From IMG/VR virus record IMGVR_UViG_3300011338_000235, positions 1 to 39,066 of that record: a stretch of DNA of 39,066 nucleotides; one strand, written 5' to 3'. Shown here piece after piece: positions 1 to 9,105 of the stretch. Made by a program: the position numbers and the translations under genes. The stretch comes from a virus (taxonomy: Duplodnaviria > Caudoviricetes). Below the pieces are notes generated by a model. It had not been told where the DNA came from, did not search any database, and saw only the letters and a program-made list of their open reading frames with translations. Within the stretch, counting starts at the first letter, position 1, and each line of letters begins with the position of its first letter.

Positions 1-139
1 GGCGTCACCAATGCAGGGCTGGTGAACAACAGGGTCTTGCTGATGCTCTTGGTTGTGCCAGCTTGGACAAAAGGAACAATGTCAGCAGCGTTGATGACGG
101 TAGCAACGGGCAGACCGGAGATGGCAACGGTAGTCATAA

Positions 140-853
140 TTAAAAGTTCCCAGCGTAGATGTTGTAGCGTTGACGGTTGGCGACTATGCCGTAGGGCATT
201 GCCATCACATCGTCAGGATTGTTGATGCGCTTGATGTTGCGCTTAGAGGTCATGGCAATGCGCGAGACTTGGGGGCTTGGCTCGACGCCAAACTCAGCGG
301 CAATCTCACAAGCTAGATTGAACCTGAAGGCTCGTAGATAACCTGGTGGAAACGACAGCGTAGTTGCCAGCACTGCGGGTTGCGTCAGTTCCTCAACCGA
401 GACAAAGTGCCATTCCAGCGGTGAAGTTGGCACAGGGTATACCGTCATCGTAATGTCGGGGTAGCCCATGTTGACATACAGCACTTGCGGGTAGGTGCTG
501 GTCGTGTTTTTGACAGCAATGCCGTTGTACTGCTGCTCGTTGATTATTTTGATGCCATACGAAGTACCGTTTGAGGTATCTTTATAGTAAGTAGCATCGT
601 CAACCAAAACAGGCCGGTTGCCCACAAAGTTACCTGTTGGGCCTAACGTGCGTGTAGCTTGATTTACAGGCCAAGTGAACACTTGGTCTTGCGTAGTGAA
701 CACCGACAAACGCTCAGTGTTCCATGAGTCAATCATCTGATTCATTGCCGACAGTGCGTCAGCGGATGTTGCTGCTGAAGGTGTCTCAGCCTCTGCCAAC
801 ATCCCAATCAGGCGCAATGCCCCGTTTATCTGGTCGCCAGCAGATGTGGTCAT
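140..853 (-). CDS. Head-tail adaptor / head completion protein (P22 gp4-like)
   Basis: Helical N-terminus (GDQINGALRLIG...DALSAMNQMIDSW) and C-terminal YLRAFRFNLACEIAAEFG typical of adaptors. Lies between coat and gp10-like genes. Confidence 0.7.
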   Translation of the reverse strand: MTTSAGDQINGALRLIGMLAEAETPSAATSADALSAMNQMIDSWNTERLSVFTTQDQVFTWPVNQATRTLGPTGNFVGNRPVLVDDATYYKDTSNGTSYGIKIINEQQYNGIAVKNTTSTYPQVLYVNMGYPDITMTVYPVPTSPLEWHFVSVEELTQPAVLATTLSFPPGYLRAFRFNLACEIAAEFGVEPSPQVSRIAMTSKRNIKRINNPDDVMAMPYGIVANRQRYNIYAGNF

Positions 854-855
854 AC

Positions 856-1050
856 CTATGCTCCTACGTCAACAACCTCAACTCGGGGTGGCCTGCCACG
901 GGGACGTTTCATTTCGTTCACCGTGACAGGCTCGTCTACCGCATCTACATCAAACCTCACCCAGCCGTTTTTTTCGTCATAAACGGCTTCTGCTTCCATA
1001 CACGCAACTTTTGTCCCATGCACGGGGTGACGTAAGTAAATGACTGCCAT
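856..1050 (-). CDS. Small hypothetical protein with AT-hook-like KRPRGRPPR tail
   Basis: 64 aa ORF tightly packed in the late operon; basic RGRP motif. Confidence 0.7.
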   Translation of the reverse strand: MAVIYLRHPVHGTKVACMEAEAVYDEKNGWVRFDVDAVDEPVTVNEMKRPRGRPPRVEVVDVGA

Positions 1051-1055
1051 CTAGC

Positions 1056-1463
1056 TTACTTCAAAAAGGCCGAGTAAGCAGCATCGCCAGTTTTCACAAA
1101 ACGGTAGGTGTGTGCGCCATGACGGCCCACGGTTACCGAACCAAAAATTGTGATACCTGTGCCGGTTGTGACCGGAACAGTAGAAGAAGCACCAGAGTTG
1201 TTGTCGTTGCAAATAGTTAGATCAAAAGACGAACCAACTTTTGCGCTTGTGATAGCTGCGTCAAGCAACGCTGCGGTAGGCAGCGTTACAGTCAACGTAG
1301 CATCCGAGGATTTTTTGCAAACAACCAAACCAACTGCCACTTGATCCGCAGTCAAAGTTGTGTCGCCGGTCAAAGTAGCTGGGATGGTTTGAACCCCCAT
1401 TACTGCTTCAAGTAGGTTGCCGTCACCAAGTTGTTGACCGCCTGCACCATTAGGGAGAGCCAT
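1056..1463 (-). CDS. Putative capsid decoration / minor structural protein
   Basis: Directly after the coat gene, SD AAAGGA upstream, Thr/Ala/Gly-rich beta composition. Confidence 0.6.
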   Translation of the reverse strand: MALPNGAGGQQLGDGNLLEAVMGVQTIPATLTGDTTLTADQVAVGLVVCKKSSDATLTVTLPTAALLDAAITSAKVGSSFDLTICNDNNSGASSTVPVTTGTGITIFGSVTVGRHGAHTYRFVKTGDAAYSAFLK

Positions 1464-1489
1464 GATAATTTCCTTTCAAATGAGTTAGA

Positions 1490-2701
1490 TCAACCCCACA
1501 GACGGCAAGCCATCTGAGGACGAATAGTGCTAAAACCGTAGAGTACGTCAATACGGCAAGGCATACGGTCGTTGTTGATGTCGTAATCACGAATAATACG
1601 CAAACTAATACCGTTATGCACCGCACGAGCAGCCATATCTACGCCGGTTGGCAAGACCAAATCTGCCGTAGCAAACGCAATGGCGTCCTTGTGGTAGATC
1701 ATGTTTTGCGGATAGGCAGTAGATGCTGTACCAACAAAGGTCACGGCAGCGTTATCAGCGGGGAAGCTGTTAACGGTAGCCAAGGCGCTTGTGCTGGTGT
1801 AGATCGGTGGGCTGATTGCCATGTTTGCCAAAGCATTGCTAACGCCAGTTTGTGCGGCGGTCACAACAAATTGCTGTAGCGAACCAGTTGACTCACGGGT
1901 CTGTGGGTTAACTGCAAACACGTTTGCAATCGTAAACACATCACCAACAGTCACTGTGTCAGTCGCACCAGTAAGGCCGTCAATGCTGATGGTCGATTGG
2001 CCTTGGGTGCTAACAGCACCGTTAACCAAAATCGTACCAGCACGAGAGCCGGTGGTGTGAACCTTGATGGATTGGCTCATGTTGATTTCGTCAAAGCCCA
2101 ACACGCCAGTACCCATCATGCCGTTCTTAAACTGTTTGCTGATGGTGTCGGTGGGATTAAAGAAACCAGACAGGCCGTTGACCAAGCCAGCGTTAGCAGC
2201 AGGGTTGACGGTAGCGTAGCGAGGAGCCATACCAGCAGCCGATTCGTTGAGTTTCTGCTGCGCTTGCAACAGAACCAAAGCGGTAGCGGGAGAAGTGCCG
2301 GGAGTGCCTACGGTGTTGAAAATGGCTTTGTAGGCATTAGCAACGTCAGCGTCAATGCTGGAGGCCAACTGCGAGATACGGGGCTTGAGAACCCGCTCTG
2401 CAAAGTCATCCAACTGCAAAGTCAACTCAGCGGTGGTGAAGTTTACACCAATGTGCTTTTGGGTAGAAACCGTCAGCGTGGTGCTTTGCTCGGCATCGTC
2501 CTGCACTTGCAGGGCTGCACCGTCAGTCACCAGAGCGCGATCAGGCAGGCGGATACGCAGGGTAGAGCCGATTTTGGCACCGTTAACAGCAAAGCTGTCA
2601 TCGTACTGTCGGTTCACGTTGCGGGTGATTACCAGGTTGTTCTCAAGAATCTCAAGAGCCTTCCGAGTAATCATGTCAATGGTAAGAATACTGTTAGCCA
2701 C
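1490..2701 (-). CDS. Major capsid protein (P22 gp5-like coat)
   Basis: 403 aa. MANSILTIDMITRKALEILENNL, KIGSTLRIRLP and RIDVLYG motifs. Follows the scaffold gene. GTG start with TAAGGA SD. Confidence 0.93.
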   Translation of the reverse strand: MANSILTIDMITRKALEILENNLVITRNVNRQYDDSFAVNGAKIGSTLRIRLPDRALVTDGAALQVQDDAEQSTTLTVSTQKHIGVNFTTAELTLQLDDFAERVLKPRISQLASSIDADVANAYKAIFNTVGTPGTSPATALVLLQAQQKLNESAAGMAPRYATVNPAANAGLVNGLSGFFNPTDTISKQFKNGMMGTGVLGFDEINMSQSIKVHTTGSRAGTILVNGAVSTQGQSTISIDGLTGATDTVTVGDVFTIANVFAVNPQTRESTGSLQQFVVTAAQTGVSNALANMAISPPIYTSTSALATVNSFPADNAAVTFVGTASTAYPQNMIYHKDAIAFATADLVLPTGVDMAARAVHNGISLRIIRDYDINNDRMPCRIDVLYGFSTIRPQMACRLWG

Positions 2702-2722
2702 GATTTTTCCTTAGAAAATAAA

Positions 2723-3460
2723 TTAAAACTTTCGCGCCTGCAACGCTTTCATTTGTCGCGCTCTGTCGGCCTCAATCCACTGGCTGGTACTCATGGTCTT
2801 GATAGACCGTGGGTCAGTTGTGTCAAAAGACCCAGAACCCACCCCTCGGGCGGTGACTGGTGAAATCGGCTCAGGCGCACCAGAAGTGCGCTTTTGAACG
2901 GGGTTTTCGGCTAATCTAGCCTCAAGTCGTCCAATCTCTTTAGCCTGCAAAATAGGCGCTAGTCGAGAAATACGATCTGCCTCTTTCGGATTTGAGCCAA
3001 GGTGATAAACCAAGTCAGGCCCAATGTCCGACGATTGAATCGTCTGTGCCATCACGGTTGTAATCTTCAGGCTGGGGTTGTAGGCAACTTGTTCAAAATC
3101 GCTGTACTTAGCCCTAGCCGTTTCTTCACGCTCGTGATACCCATCAAGAATCTCAGCTTGCTGTTTCTGGAGTTCCCGCTGCTCAATCAGTTTGTAAGCC
3201 TTGGCTTCTGCGTAAGCATCAACCGACTCAAACTGATCTTGCGGGGGCAAATCCACTGCCACTGCTGGCGCAGGCTGTCGCTCTCGTTCCCACTTTCGCT
3301 GCTCTCTTGCGAGGCGTTTACCAATAGCGGCGTCAAGTTCCTCTTGCGAGAATGTCTTAGCTGCTACTTCCGGCGTTTCAACTACAGGTTCTGGAGTAAC
3401 CGCCGTGGTTTCCAGTTCCGGCGCGGGGGCTAATTCCGCTACTTGCTCTACATCTGACAT
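2723..3460 (-). CDS. Scaffolding protein
   Basis: Acidic Pro-rich N-terminus, KTFSQEELDAAIGKRLARE, GPDLVYHLGSNP, EIGRLEA. Immediately upstream of the coat gene. Confidence 0.85.
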   Translation of the reverse strand: MSDVEQVAELAPAPELETTAVTPEPVVETPEVAAKTFSQEELDAAIGKRLAREQRKWERERQPAPAVAVDLPPQDQFESVDAYAEAKAYKLIEQRELQKQQAEILDGYHEREETARAKYSDFEQVAYNPSLKITTVMAQTIQSSDIGPDLVYHLGSNPKEADRISRLAPILQAKEIGRLEARLAENPVQKRTSGAPEPISPVTARGVGSGSFDTTDPRSIKTMSTSQWIEADRARQMKALQARKF

Positions 3461-3512
3461 TTTTGAATCCTAAGATTCCCTGGTCATTGGGCCAGTACAA
3501 ATATTATAGTCC
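3461..3512 (-). promoter_or_regulatory. Putative promoter -10 plus two-hairpin leader of the scaffold gene
   Basis: Minus strand reads TATAAT, then CTGG-cccaatga-CCAG, then GAATC-ttag-GATTC, which overlaps the AGGA SD. Confidence 0.5.
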
Positions 3513-3848
3513 TTGTCCAGGTGTGACGTAAAGAACACAAGAAGACGCCGCTGTTGCGGTAAAGAATGAGGTTGGCGGGAAGTTGAACACTTCCACGGCG
3601 CCAGCCACAATAGGGATGCCGTTGCCGGTGGTGGTGACTGCTGCGGCATTGGTAACCGCAATAGCCGCCGTTGCACCAACACCTAAGAAGGCGGTTACCG
3701 ACCCCACGTTGACCACTCGGTACTGGTTGGTGGGCGGTGTGACTGCCGTAAAAGTCGGCAGAATCTGCGCGGCTGTTGGGGCGCTTGAATTAGCGGTAAT
3801 CACAACGGTTGGGCCGTTTGGAAAAAATGCGGATTGTTCGTTAGCCAT
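3504..3848 (-). CDS. Hypothetical virion-associated protein
   Basis: 114 aa, Ala/Thr-rich beta composition, ends YVTPGQGL, in the late operon. Confidence 0.65.
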   Translation of the reverse strand: MANEQSAFFPNGPTVVITANSSAPTAAQILPTFTAVTPPTNQYRVVNVGSVTAFLGVGATAAIAVTNAAAVTTTGNGIPIVAGAVEVFNFPPTSFFTATAASSCVLYVTPGQGL

Positions 3849-3857
3849 GTTTGTCTT

Positions 3858-4121
3858 TCAAGGTTGTTCAGCGGCTCGTGCCTCAACTTCATACGGATTC
3901 ATTTTATAGCCATAGCGCAGTAGCCAATAGCCATACTTGATAGCGTAGATCAGCTTGCCATCCCGCCGCATCTGTTCCAAGTGCGTCATTTCATGCCTGA
4001 TCAAAGCGTTGTTCAGTTCATAGCCTGGTGCCATGTAGATCACGCCCCAAAAGCTAGTCCAGCCCTGGAAGCCACAGGCTTTCATGTACAGCAGGATTGG
4101 GCCAGAGGCGGTGCGGATCAT
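3858..4121 (-). CDS. Small HExxH zinc metallopeptidase-like protein (DUF4157-like)
   Basis: LIRHEMTHLEQ plus distal NPYEVEAR (candidate third ligand Glu). Confidence 0.65.
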   Translation of the reverse strand: MIRTASGPILLYMKACGFQGWTSFWGVIYMAPGYELNNALIRHEMTHLEQMRRDGKLIYAIKYGYWLLRYGYKMNPYEVEARAAEQP

Positions 4122-4357
4122 GGTTTAGCAGCAGCCTTGTAAGCAGCCACCACAGCCGCCGTATGCGTTGCTTTGCAAATAGCCTTCACACGGGCATCTT
4201 CGGCGCTGTAGTCATCGCCAGGGGCGACTACGTGGCGGTGGAACGTACCGCTGATCTGCTTGCCATTTTCCATGATGGCAGTCTTAGTGCGTACTTGGAC
4301 AGCACCGTTTTCCAAGACTTCAATATGATCAACAGAGATAACTTTTTCTAGAGACAT
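4118..4357 (-). CDS. Small tail-fibre-associated protein
   Basis: 79 aa with VQVR...FHRHVVAPGDDYS; SD AAGGA; follows the tailspike gene. Confidence 0.6.
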   Translation of the reverse strand: MSLEKVISVDHIEVLENGAVQVRTKTAIMENGKQISGTFHRHVVAPGDDYSAEDARVKAICKATHTAAVVAAYKAAAKP

Positions 4358-4375
4358 GATAATTCCTTTAAATAA

Positions 4376-5890
4376 TTAAATTGTTGGGATTCTGTAAGTC
4401 AAACTAATAAATATTTTTGTTAATACACCTGATGCAATGTTTGTAGCTTTTACATAATCAAGTGCTTGACCAGAACCGCTTGCACGAATTTTAATTGAAT
4501 TTGCATTGCTTTCAATGACAGGCGTAAATTGAGTGTATGAAGCTTTTGTAATGTTTGAAAAATACATTGAACCCTCCCAAACTAGACCAACTTGGGTAAA
4601 CGATGTCATGTCAGCAGTCAAATTAGTAATAATTAGTTCGTCAGTAGCAGTTGTAAAGGTAGGCGTAAATTCCAAGCTAATGTTTAGCGTTAACAGTCCT
4701 GAGTTAAACGATGCTGTTGCAATTTGAGTTGTGTAAGCAACGCTAAGATCGCCAACACTAGCAAAAGTGGCTACAGGAGCAAAAGAAACAAATCGCTGAC
4801 CAACCATGTTACGCACAGTAGACCCAGATGCGTCATTTACATAATTGACGTAATTTCTATTGCTAGGCCAATTGTTAATAGTCCCAGTGCATCCTGAATC
4901 AACAGTAATGGTGTTGGCGTTAAACCAGTTATATGTGTTGTTATCCAACACAAAGTTTAATGACGCTGATTGAAAATGAAAGTTCTTTGGCCCAGCAGGG
5001 CCAGTTTGAGACATTTCACATTGACGGGCTGTGAAAGAGTTTGCGTTGATGATTTCAACATCGTATTCGGCATTTCTGGCAGCGCCTGACTTAGAAGTCC
5101 AATTGTCTTCAAACCAGCAGTTTGTGCAAACAACATTGTCAATTGCTGCCGGAACAAGTGCAGAATTAATATACAAACCATTCTCAGTATTGGATTCAAA
5201 ATTACAACTGTTAAAATTAACTTGATGGCCGCTAACAATATATGCGCCTTTTTGATTGTCAGTAAAAAAACATTCTTCAAACACTTGGATAGTGCTAAAT
5301 ATAGGCTGAGACACATTTTTAATTAACAAACCAAAAAAGTTGCCAGTTGCATAACAATCACGGAAAGTATTTCCAACACCTGTTTCTACATAAAAACCAA
5401 AACCGCCAGTAACTCCGGTGCGTGTAAGCCGTGAAGCGTAGCATTTCTGAATCAGCGTATTATTGCCAAGCGTTGATTCACTGTTAGGGATGGCATATCC
5501 ATCAATATCGGCTGCATCAATGCCATCAACAACTAAGCCGTAGAGGTTAACGCCAGAACGAACATCTAAAACAGGAGTTCCTGCGGTAAAAGTAGCTGAT
5601 GGACGCAATATTGAATTTGTTGGTACGCCAAAAATAGATGTGTTTGCAGGAATCGTCAAAGTAGAACTAACACGATATTTCCCTGCTGGCAAATAACCCG
5701 CCCTTGTTCCAGAAATTGCACCTTCATAGTTACCAGTGCCAATTGCAGTAATCCATGTTTGAAGTGCAGATGTAACATCAAGTGTTAGGGTTCCCGCTTG
5801 CACATCGGCAATTTGGGCAGGGGTCATGTAATCCCAGGCGTTAGCATACGCCCCAAGGATCATGGAATTTGTGACTTTGGTTAGCGCCAT
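4376..5890 (-). CDS. Tailspike / receptor-binding protein with right-handed beta-helix (pectate-lyase-like)
   Basis: Probable start MALTKVTNSMI at 5890 (AAAGG upstream). GYLPAGKYRVSSTL beta-helix entry motif, repeated Asn/Cys-ladder strands (NCWFEDN, SCNFESN). Visibly AT-richer than its neighbours. Confidence 0.8.
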   Translation of the reverse strand: MALTKVTNSMILGAYANAWDYMTPAQIADVQAGTLTLDVTSALQTWITAIGTGNYEGAISGTRAGYLPAGKYRVSSTLTIPANTSIFGVPTNSILRPSATFTAGTPVLDVRSGVNLYGLVVDGIDAADIDGYAIPNSESTLGNNTLIQKCYASRLTRTGVTGGFGFYVETGVGNTFRDCYATGNFFGLLIKNVSQPIFSTIQVFEECFFTDNQKGAYIVSGHQVNFNSCNFESNTENGLYINSALVPAAIDNVVCTNCWFEDNWTSKSGAARNAEYDVEIINANSFTARQCEMSQTGPAGPKNFHFQSASLNFVLDNNTYNWFNANTITVDSGCTGTINNWPSNRNYVNYVNDASGSTVRNMVGQRFVSFAPVATFASVGDLSVAYTTQIATASFNSGLLTLNISLEFTPTFTTATDELIITNLTADMTSFTQVGLVWEGSMYFSNITKASYTQFTPVIESNANSIKIRASGSGQALDYVKATNIASGVLTKIFISLTYRIPTI

Positions 5891-5901
5891 ATATTTACCT
5901 T

Positions 5902-6468
5902 TTAGACAAAGTATTGAAGGCAACCAATAAGCACAGTTGAATCAGTTAAAAAAGTAGCCGCATCTACTTCAGCAGTAGGGCTTGTGCCAGCCACAGTCGT
6001 AACAAAAACAACGCCTGTCATTCCACCAATACGAATTGTTCCGTTAATGCAGCTACTACCAAGGTTTGACATTTGCGACAAATACCCAGCACCATAAGTA
6101 GTCCCATTTTGTGTAAAAGGAAGTCCTGTCAATCTTAGGTTTCCAGTAACTGTGCCTTCAGCAGAAAACTCACATTGAAACGAACAAAATACTTGTCTGC
6201 CAATCTTAGTGTAAAAACCTATTTGTGCGCCATAACTTTGCCCAGATGTACTACTTGCACCACCAAATACAGGCGTCCAAGTACCTTCTTCATAGTCAGC
6301 CAGCAATTCGCTAGTCATGCCACCAGGTTGACCAGTGGCAGTAAAGTCGATGCCTTTGCCCGAGGTGCCGATGACTAGGTTTCCTGTGGACAGGGTAACG
6401 TCACCAGCAAACGTGATTGGCGTTGCAATTTGGCTGGCGCTGATGATTGAATTTGCTACTTTTAACAT
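5902..6468 (-). CDS. Tail fibre-type protein
   Basis: GKGIDF...LADYEEGTWTP...YTKIGRQV...LTGLPF, a pattern typical of phage fibre distal domains. Confidence 0.72.
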   Translation of the reverse strand: MLKVANSIISASQIATPITFAGDVTLSTGNLVIGTSGKGIDFTATGQPGGMTSELLADYEEGTWTPVFGGASSTSGQSYGAQIGFYTKIGRQVFCSFQCEFSAEGTVTGNLRLTGLPFTQNGTTYGAGYLSQMSNLGSSCINGTIRIGGMTGVVFVTTVAGTSPTAEVDAATFLTDSTVLIGCLQYFV

Positions 6469-6476
6469 GGCGATTC

Positions 6477-6935
6477 CTAGTTGTAAACAACTTCAATAAT
6501 TGCGTTTAATGGCGGCGCTTGAGTAAACGTCACCGTGCCGCTGGTTACGGTGTAGGTGTTGCGGTTCTGGTACACGCCGTTGATGTAGATGGCGGTAAAT
6601 CCGTTAACCACCGAGAAAGCAGTTGTTGTCCCGTCACCTGTAGCATTAGAGGCAAAAGTGCTGCCGTTAATGTTGTCTACTGTCCAGATCAACACGCCTA
6701 CGCTGGTGTACAGGGCAAACTTATATATATCCCCAGCAAGCCACACATTGGCCTCGCCACGGCTGTCTAGAACAATGGGGTTAGTGTTGGCACTGACGCC
6801 AGTGGAATCGGTGTAGGTGGCTAGTGGCGTAGTCGAGCCAGCCTCGTAGGTGTACAGCAGCCCACCGGCCAGAGGTGCGCCGTTGGCATCAAAGAATTGC
6901 AGTTTGGGCGTGGGGGATAGTGATGTGGTAGCCAT
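6477..6935 (-). CDS. Tailspike/fibre head-binding (anchor) protein
   Basis: QFFDANGAPLAGGLLYTYEAGSTTP...NPIVLDSRGEA is the particle-binding N-terminal domain type of podovirus spikes, followed by a short ATGDGTT...YINGVYQ module. Confidence 0.7.
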   Translation of the reverse strand: MATTSLSPTPKLQFFDANGAPLAGGLLYTYEAGSTTPLATYTDSTGVSANTNPIVLDSRGEANVWLAGDIYKFALYTSVGVLIWTVDNINGSTFASNATGDGTTTAFSVVNGFTAIYINGVYQNRNTYTVTSGTVTFTQAPPLNAIIEVVYN

Positions 6936-6936
6936 G

Positions 6937-9105
6937 TTACATACCTTGGTTTGGTGGCGGCATCATTTCAGGCGGCATCATCATTTGGTCTTGCGGCATC
7001 GAACTCATCAAATCACCGCTGGTAATCATGCCCTGCACAGTCCCCAACACAATCTCTTGTATCTGGTCAGGCGTCATGGCAGCGGCCATTGCGGTCATGC
7101 GTTTGGTTTCTACATCGTAGGCTTTGACCTCAGAGTCAAACCGCTTGATCTCCAAAGTCTGCGCTTCCATTGATTCTTGGACGTTTTGCAGCATTTCTTG
7201 CATCTGCTGCATCTCTTGGCCCATAGCCTGCATCTGCATATTGGCAGCTTGCAAGGCTGGGTCTTCATCGTCACTCAAGAGTTTGGGGTCGATGGTCTTA
7301 GCCAGCCGTTTAGCCAACTCATCTGCCCCAGGCCAATCCATTGCCTTGACAAACAAGTCGCCTGCAATCCCCATGAGCGCAGGGTTGCCTTGCAGTAGTT
7401 GGGCCATTTCTTCCCGTGTCTCTTGGCGTCTGGTGCTGTAGCTGGGGCCGGTGGTCACCACCACATCGTACTTGCCGACATTGGGGTTGTAGATTTTGTC
7501 AATCTCAATACCTTCTTGATTGACGATCCGCTTGACCGGCATCTCTTGGGACGGGTCAATCTTTGCCATCTCAGTATCGCCATCCTCGCCAATGATTCGC
7601 GCAATACGCTGGGTGTCGTAGATTTTGGGGATCATGTCCAGCAGTTGCCGGGTCACATAGCGAATGGCACGGGCTAAGTTGTCAACATAGTGATAGGTTC
7701 CAACGTCACCCTCGCGCTGCCTAGCTAGGATAGCCTTGCCGCTGCGCTCGTTGCCGCCCATGCCCAGACTAGCGTTGTACTGCCCCGTTGCCGCTTTAAT
7801 GTCCTCAGATGCCCCTGATTTGGCTTGCAAAAGGCCACTAGAGGCCATCGGGGGCTGGGCACGTTGGGGCAGTGGCAGGGTAGCGCCAGCCCCGTCCGTA
7901 ACGTCTGGGTTGACCTCAAGGTAGGGCCAGTTGGTAGTGTTGGCAGTCTTCCACTGAGTCTCGTACCCTTCAAACTGCCCACCGTAGCCAATAAATGGGG
8001 CTTTGGGCGCTAGGGCCAGCATCTCTGCTTCTTGGCTTACCCAGTAGTTGTACATCCGTTGGGCGTCCTTGGCGTTTCGCACCAGACCCGAGACATAAAT
8101 TTGCCCGTTGACCTCAAACTCATTGCCAACCACCCGCACAATGGGGATGTACTTACCCGCCCAATCGCGCTTCTCCAGCACCTCGTAGCCATTAGATTTA
8201 ACCCAGCAAACCTTCTCCCGCTGCGAAATCCGAGTCTTCAGCGGCTTGCCGTAGAGCATCTTGAGTTGCTTGTCATCAGGCGTGTTGTTAAACGCCGTGA
8301 TGTTGTTGGGGTACAGGTTCAGTGTCTCGGCCTTGTACTCCCGATAGAAGTATTCCGCAATCCGCACCGTGTCATCGCGCAGCCACTGCTGTAAATCTTG
8401 ATCGCCAATCCCAAGGGACAGCAGGCTACTGATAGGCGCAGCGTCTGGGTACAGGCGCTCGTACTCGTCCTTGGGTACATCGTCCGTGACAAAGCACCAC
8501 CGGGCATCCGCACCGCATGGGTCTTGGATAGCAGGATCCATGTAGACCGAGAATGAGTTGCGAATCCGCCCTATCTTCAGTTCCTGGTCAAAGCTGTTCT
8601 CGTCGCAGTATTCAGTCAGTACGCGAATGTAGCCTTCGCCATAAGTAACCTGGTTTTCGCAGGCAGTTGCGTAGGCAATGTCAGCGTCACTGATGTATTC
8701 AATGTGCCGCACTATGCCGTTGAATATCTCCGCCATCTCAGGGTCAGCAACGTCATCCGCAGGTATAACTTTGCCGCTGGGCTTGTTGTACCGTTGGTCG
8801 TTGGTGACTTGCCGAACGTGTTGCGGCAACTTGTTAATAGTCAGGCAGGGACGGGCGTTGATGGTTTGCCCTTGGACGGCCCCGCGAGTCGCCAGTACGT
8901 CAGCAGGCCATTGCCACTGGTTGTCTGGACTACCCGCCATAAACCGCAAGTCATCCAGTTCATTGCCCCGGCTCTCACTGTAGGCATCCACCGCCATTGT
9001 CATGCGCGATCGCATGGTGGAGAGCATATCGCTGTACTCTACGTCATCGCCCCCACCAACATCGGCAACCTTGCCAACCTTGTTAATGCCGGTGTAGTCA
9101 ACCAT
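6937..9105 (-). CDS. Portal protein (P22 gp1-like)
   Basis: 722 aa. RPCLTINKL, GLVRNAKDAQRMYNYW, SGKAILARQ, GKYDVVVTTGPSYSTRRQE, Gln/Met-rich coiled-coil barrel at the C-terminus. Confidence 0.93.
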   Translation of the reverse strand: MVDYTGINKVGKVADVGGGDDVEYSDMLSTMRSRMTMAVDAYSESRGNELDDLRFMAGSPDNQWQWPADVLATRGAVQGQTINARPCLTINKLPQHVRQVTNDQRYNKPSGKVIPADDVADPEMAEIFNGIVRHIEYISDADIAYATACENQVTYGEGYIRVLTEYCDENSFDQELKIGRIRNSFSVYMDPAIQDPCGADARWCFVTDDVPKDEYERLYPDAAPISSLLSLGIGDQDLQQWLRDDTVRIAEYFYREYKAETLNLYPNNITAFNNTPDDKQLKMLYGKPLKTRISQREKVCWVKSNGYEVLEKRDWAGKYIPIVRVVGNEFEVNGQIYVSGLVRNAKDAQRMYNYWVSQEAEMLALAPKAPFIGYGGQFEGYETQWKTANTTNWPYLEVNPDVTDGAGATLPLPQRAQPPMASSGLLQAKSGASEDIKAATGQYNASLGMGGNERSGKAILARQREGDVGTYHYVDNLARAIRYVTRQLLDMIPKIYDTQRIARIIGEDGDTEMAKIDPSQEMPVKRIVNQEGIEIDKIYNPNVGKYDVVVTTGPSYSTRRQETREEMAQLLQGNPALMGIAGDLFVKAMDWPGADELAKRLAKTIDPKLLSDDEDPALQAANMQMQAMGQEMQQMQEMLQNVQESMEAQTLEIKRFDSEVKAYDVETKRMTAMAAAMTPDQIQEIVLGTVQGMITSGDLMSSMPQDQMMMPPEMMPPPNQGM

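Larger units (their letters stand above)
1..3451. repeat. Direct terminal repeat, left copy (3451 bp)
   Basis: GGCGTCACCAATG at 1 recurs at 35616. All ORFs in 1-3451 recur at a constant offset of 35,615. The window ends at the equivalent of 3451. Confidence 0.98.

Noticed and set aside
1997-2863. 288 aa + strand ORF, and similar long antisense ORFs at 15722-16642, 19431-20150, 20648-21313 and 22103-22816
   Set aside because: Shadow frames opposite well-supported genes with biased codon usage; no motifs or SD.
2825-3251. Diversity-generating retroelement TR/VR pair
   Set aside because: Substitutions are not adenine-specific and are mostly synonymous, and no reverse transcriptase is encoded.
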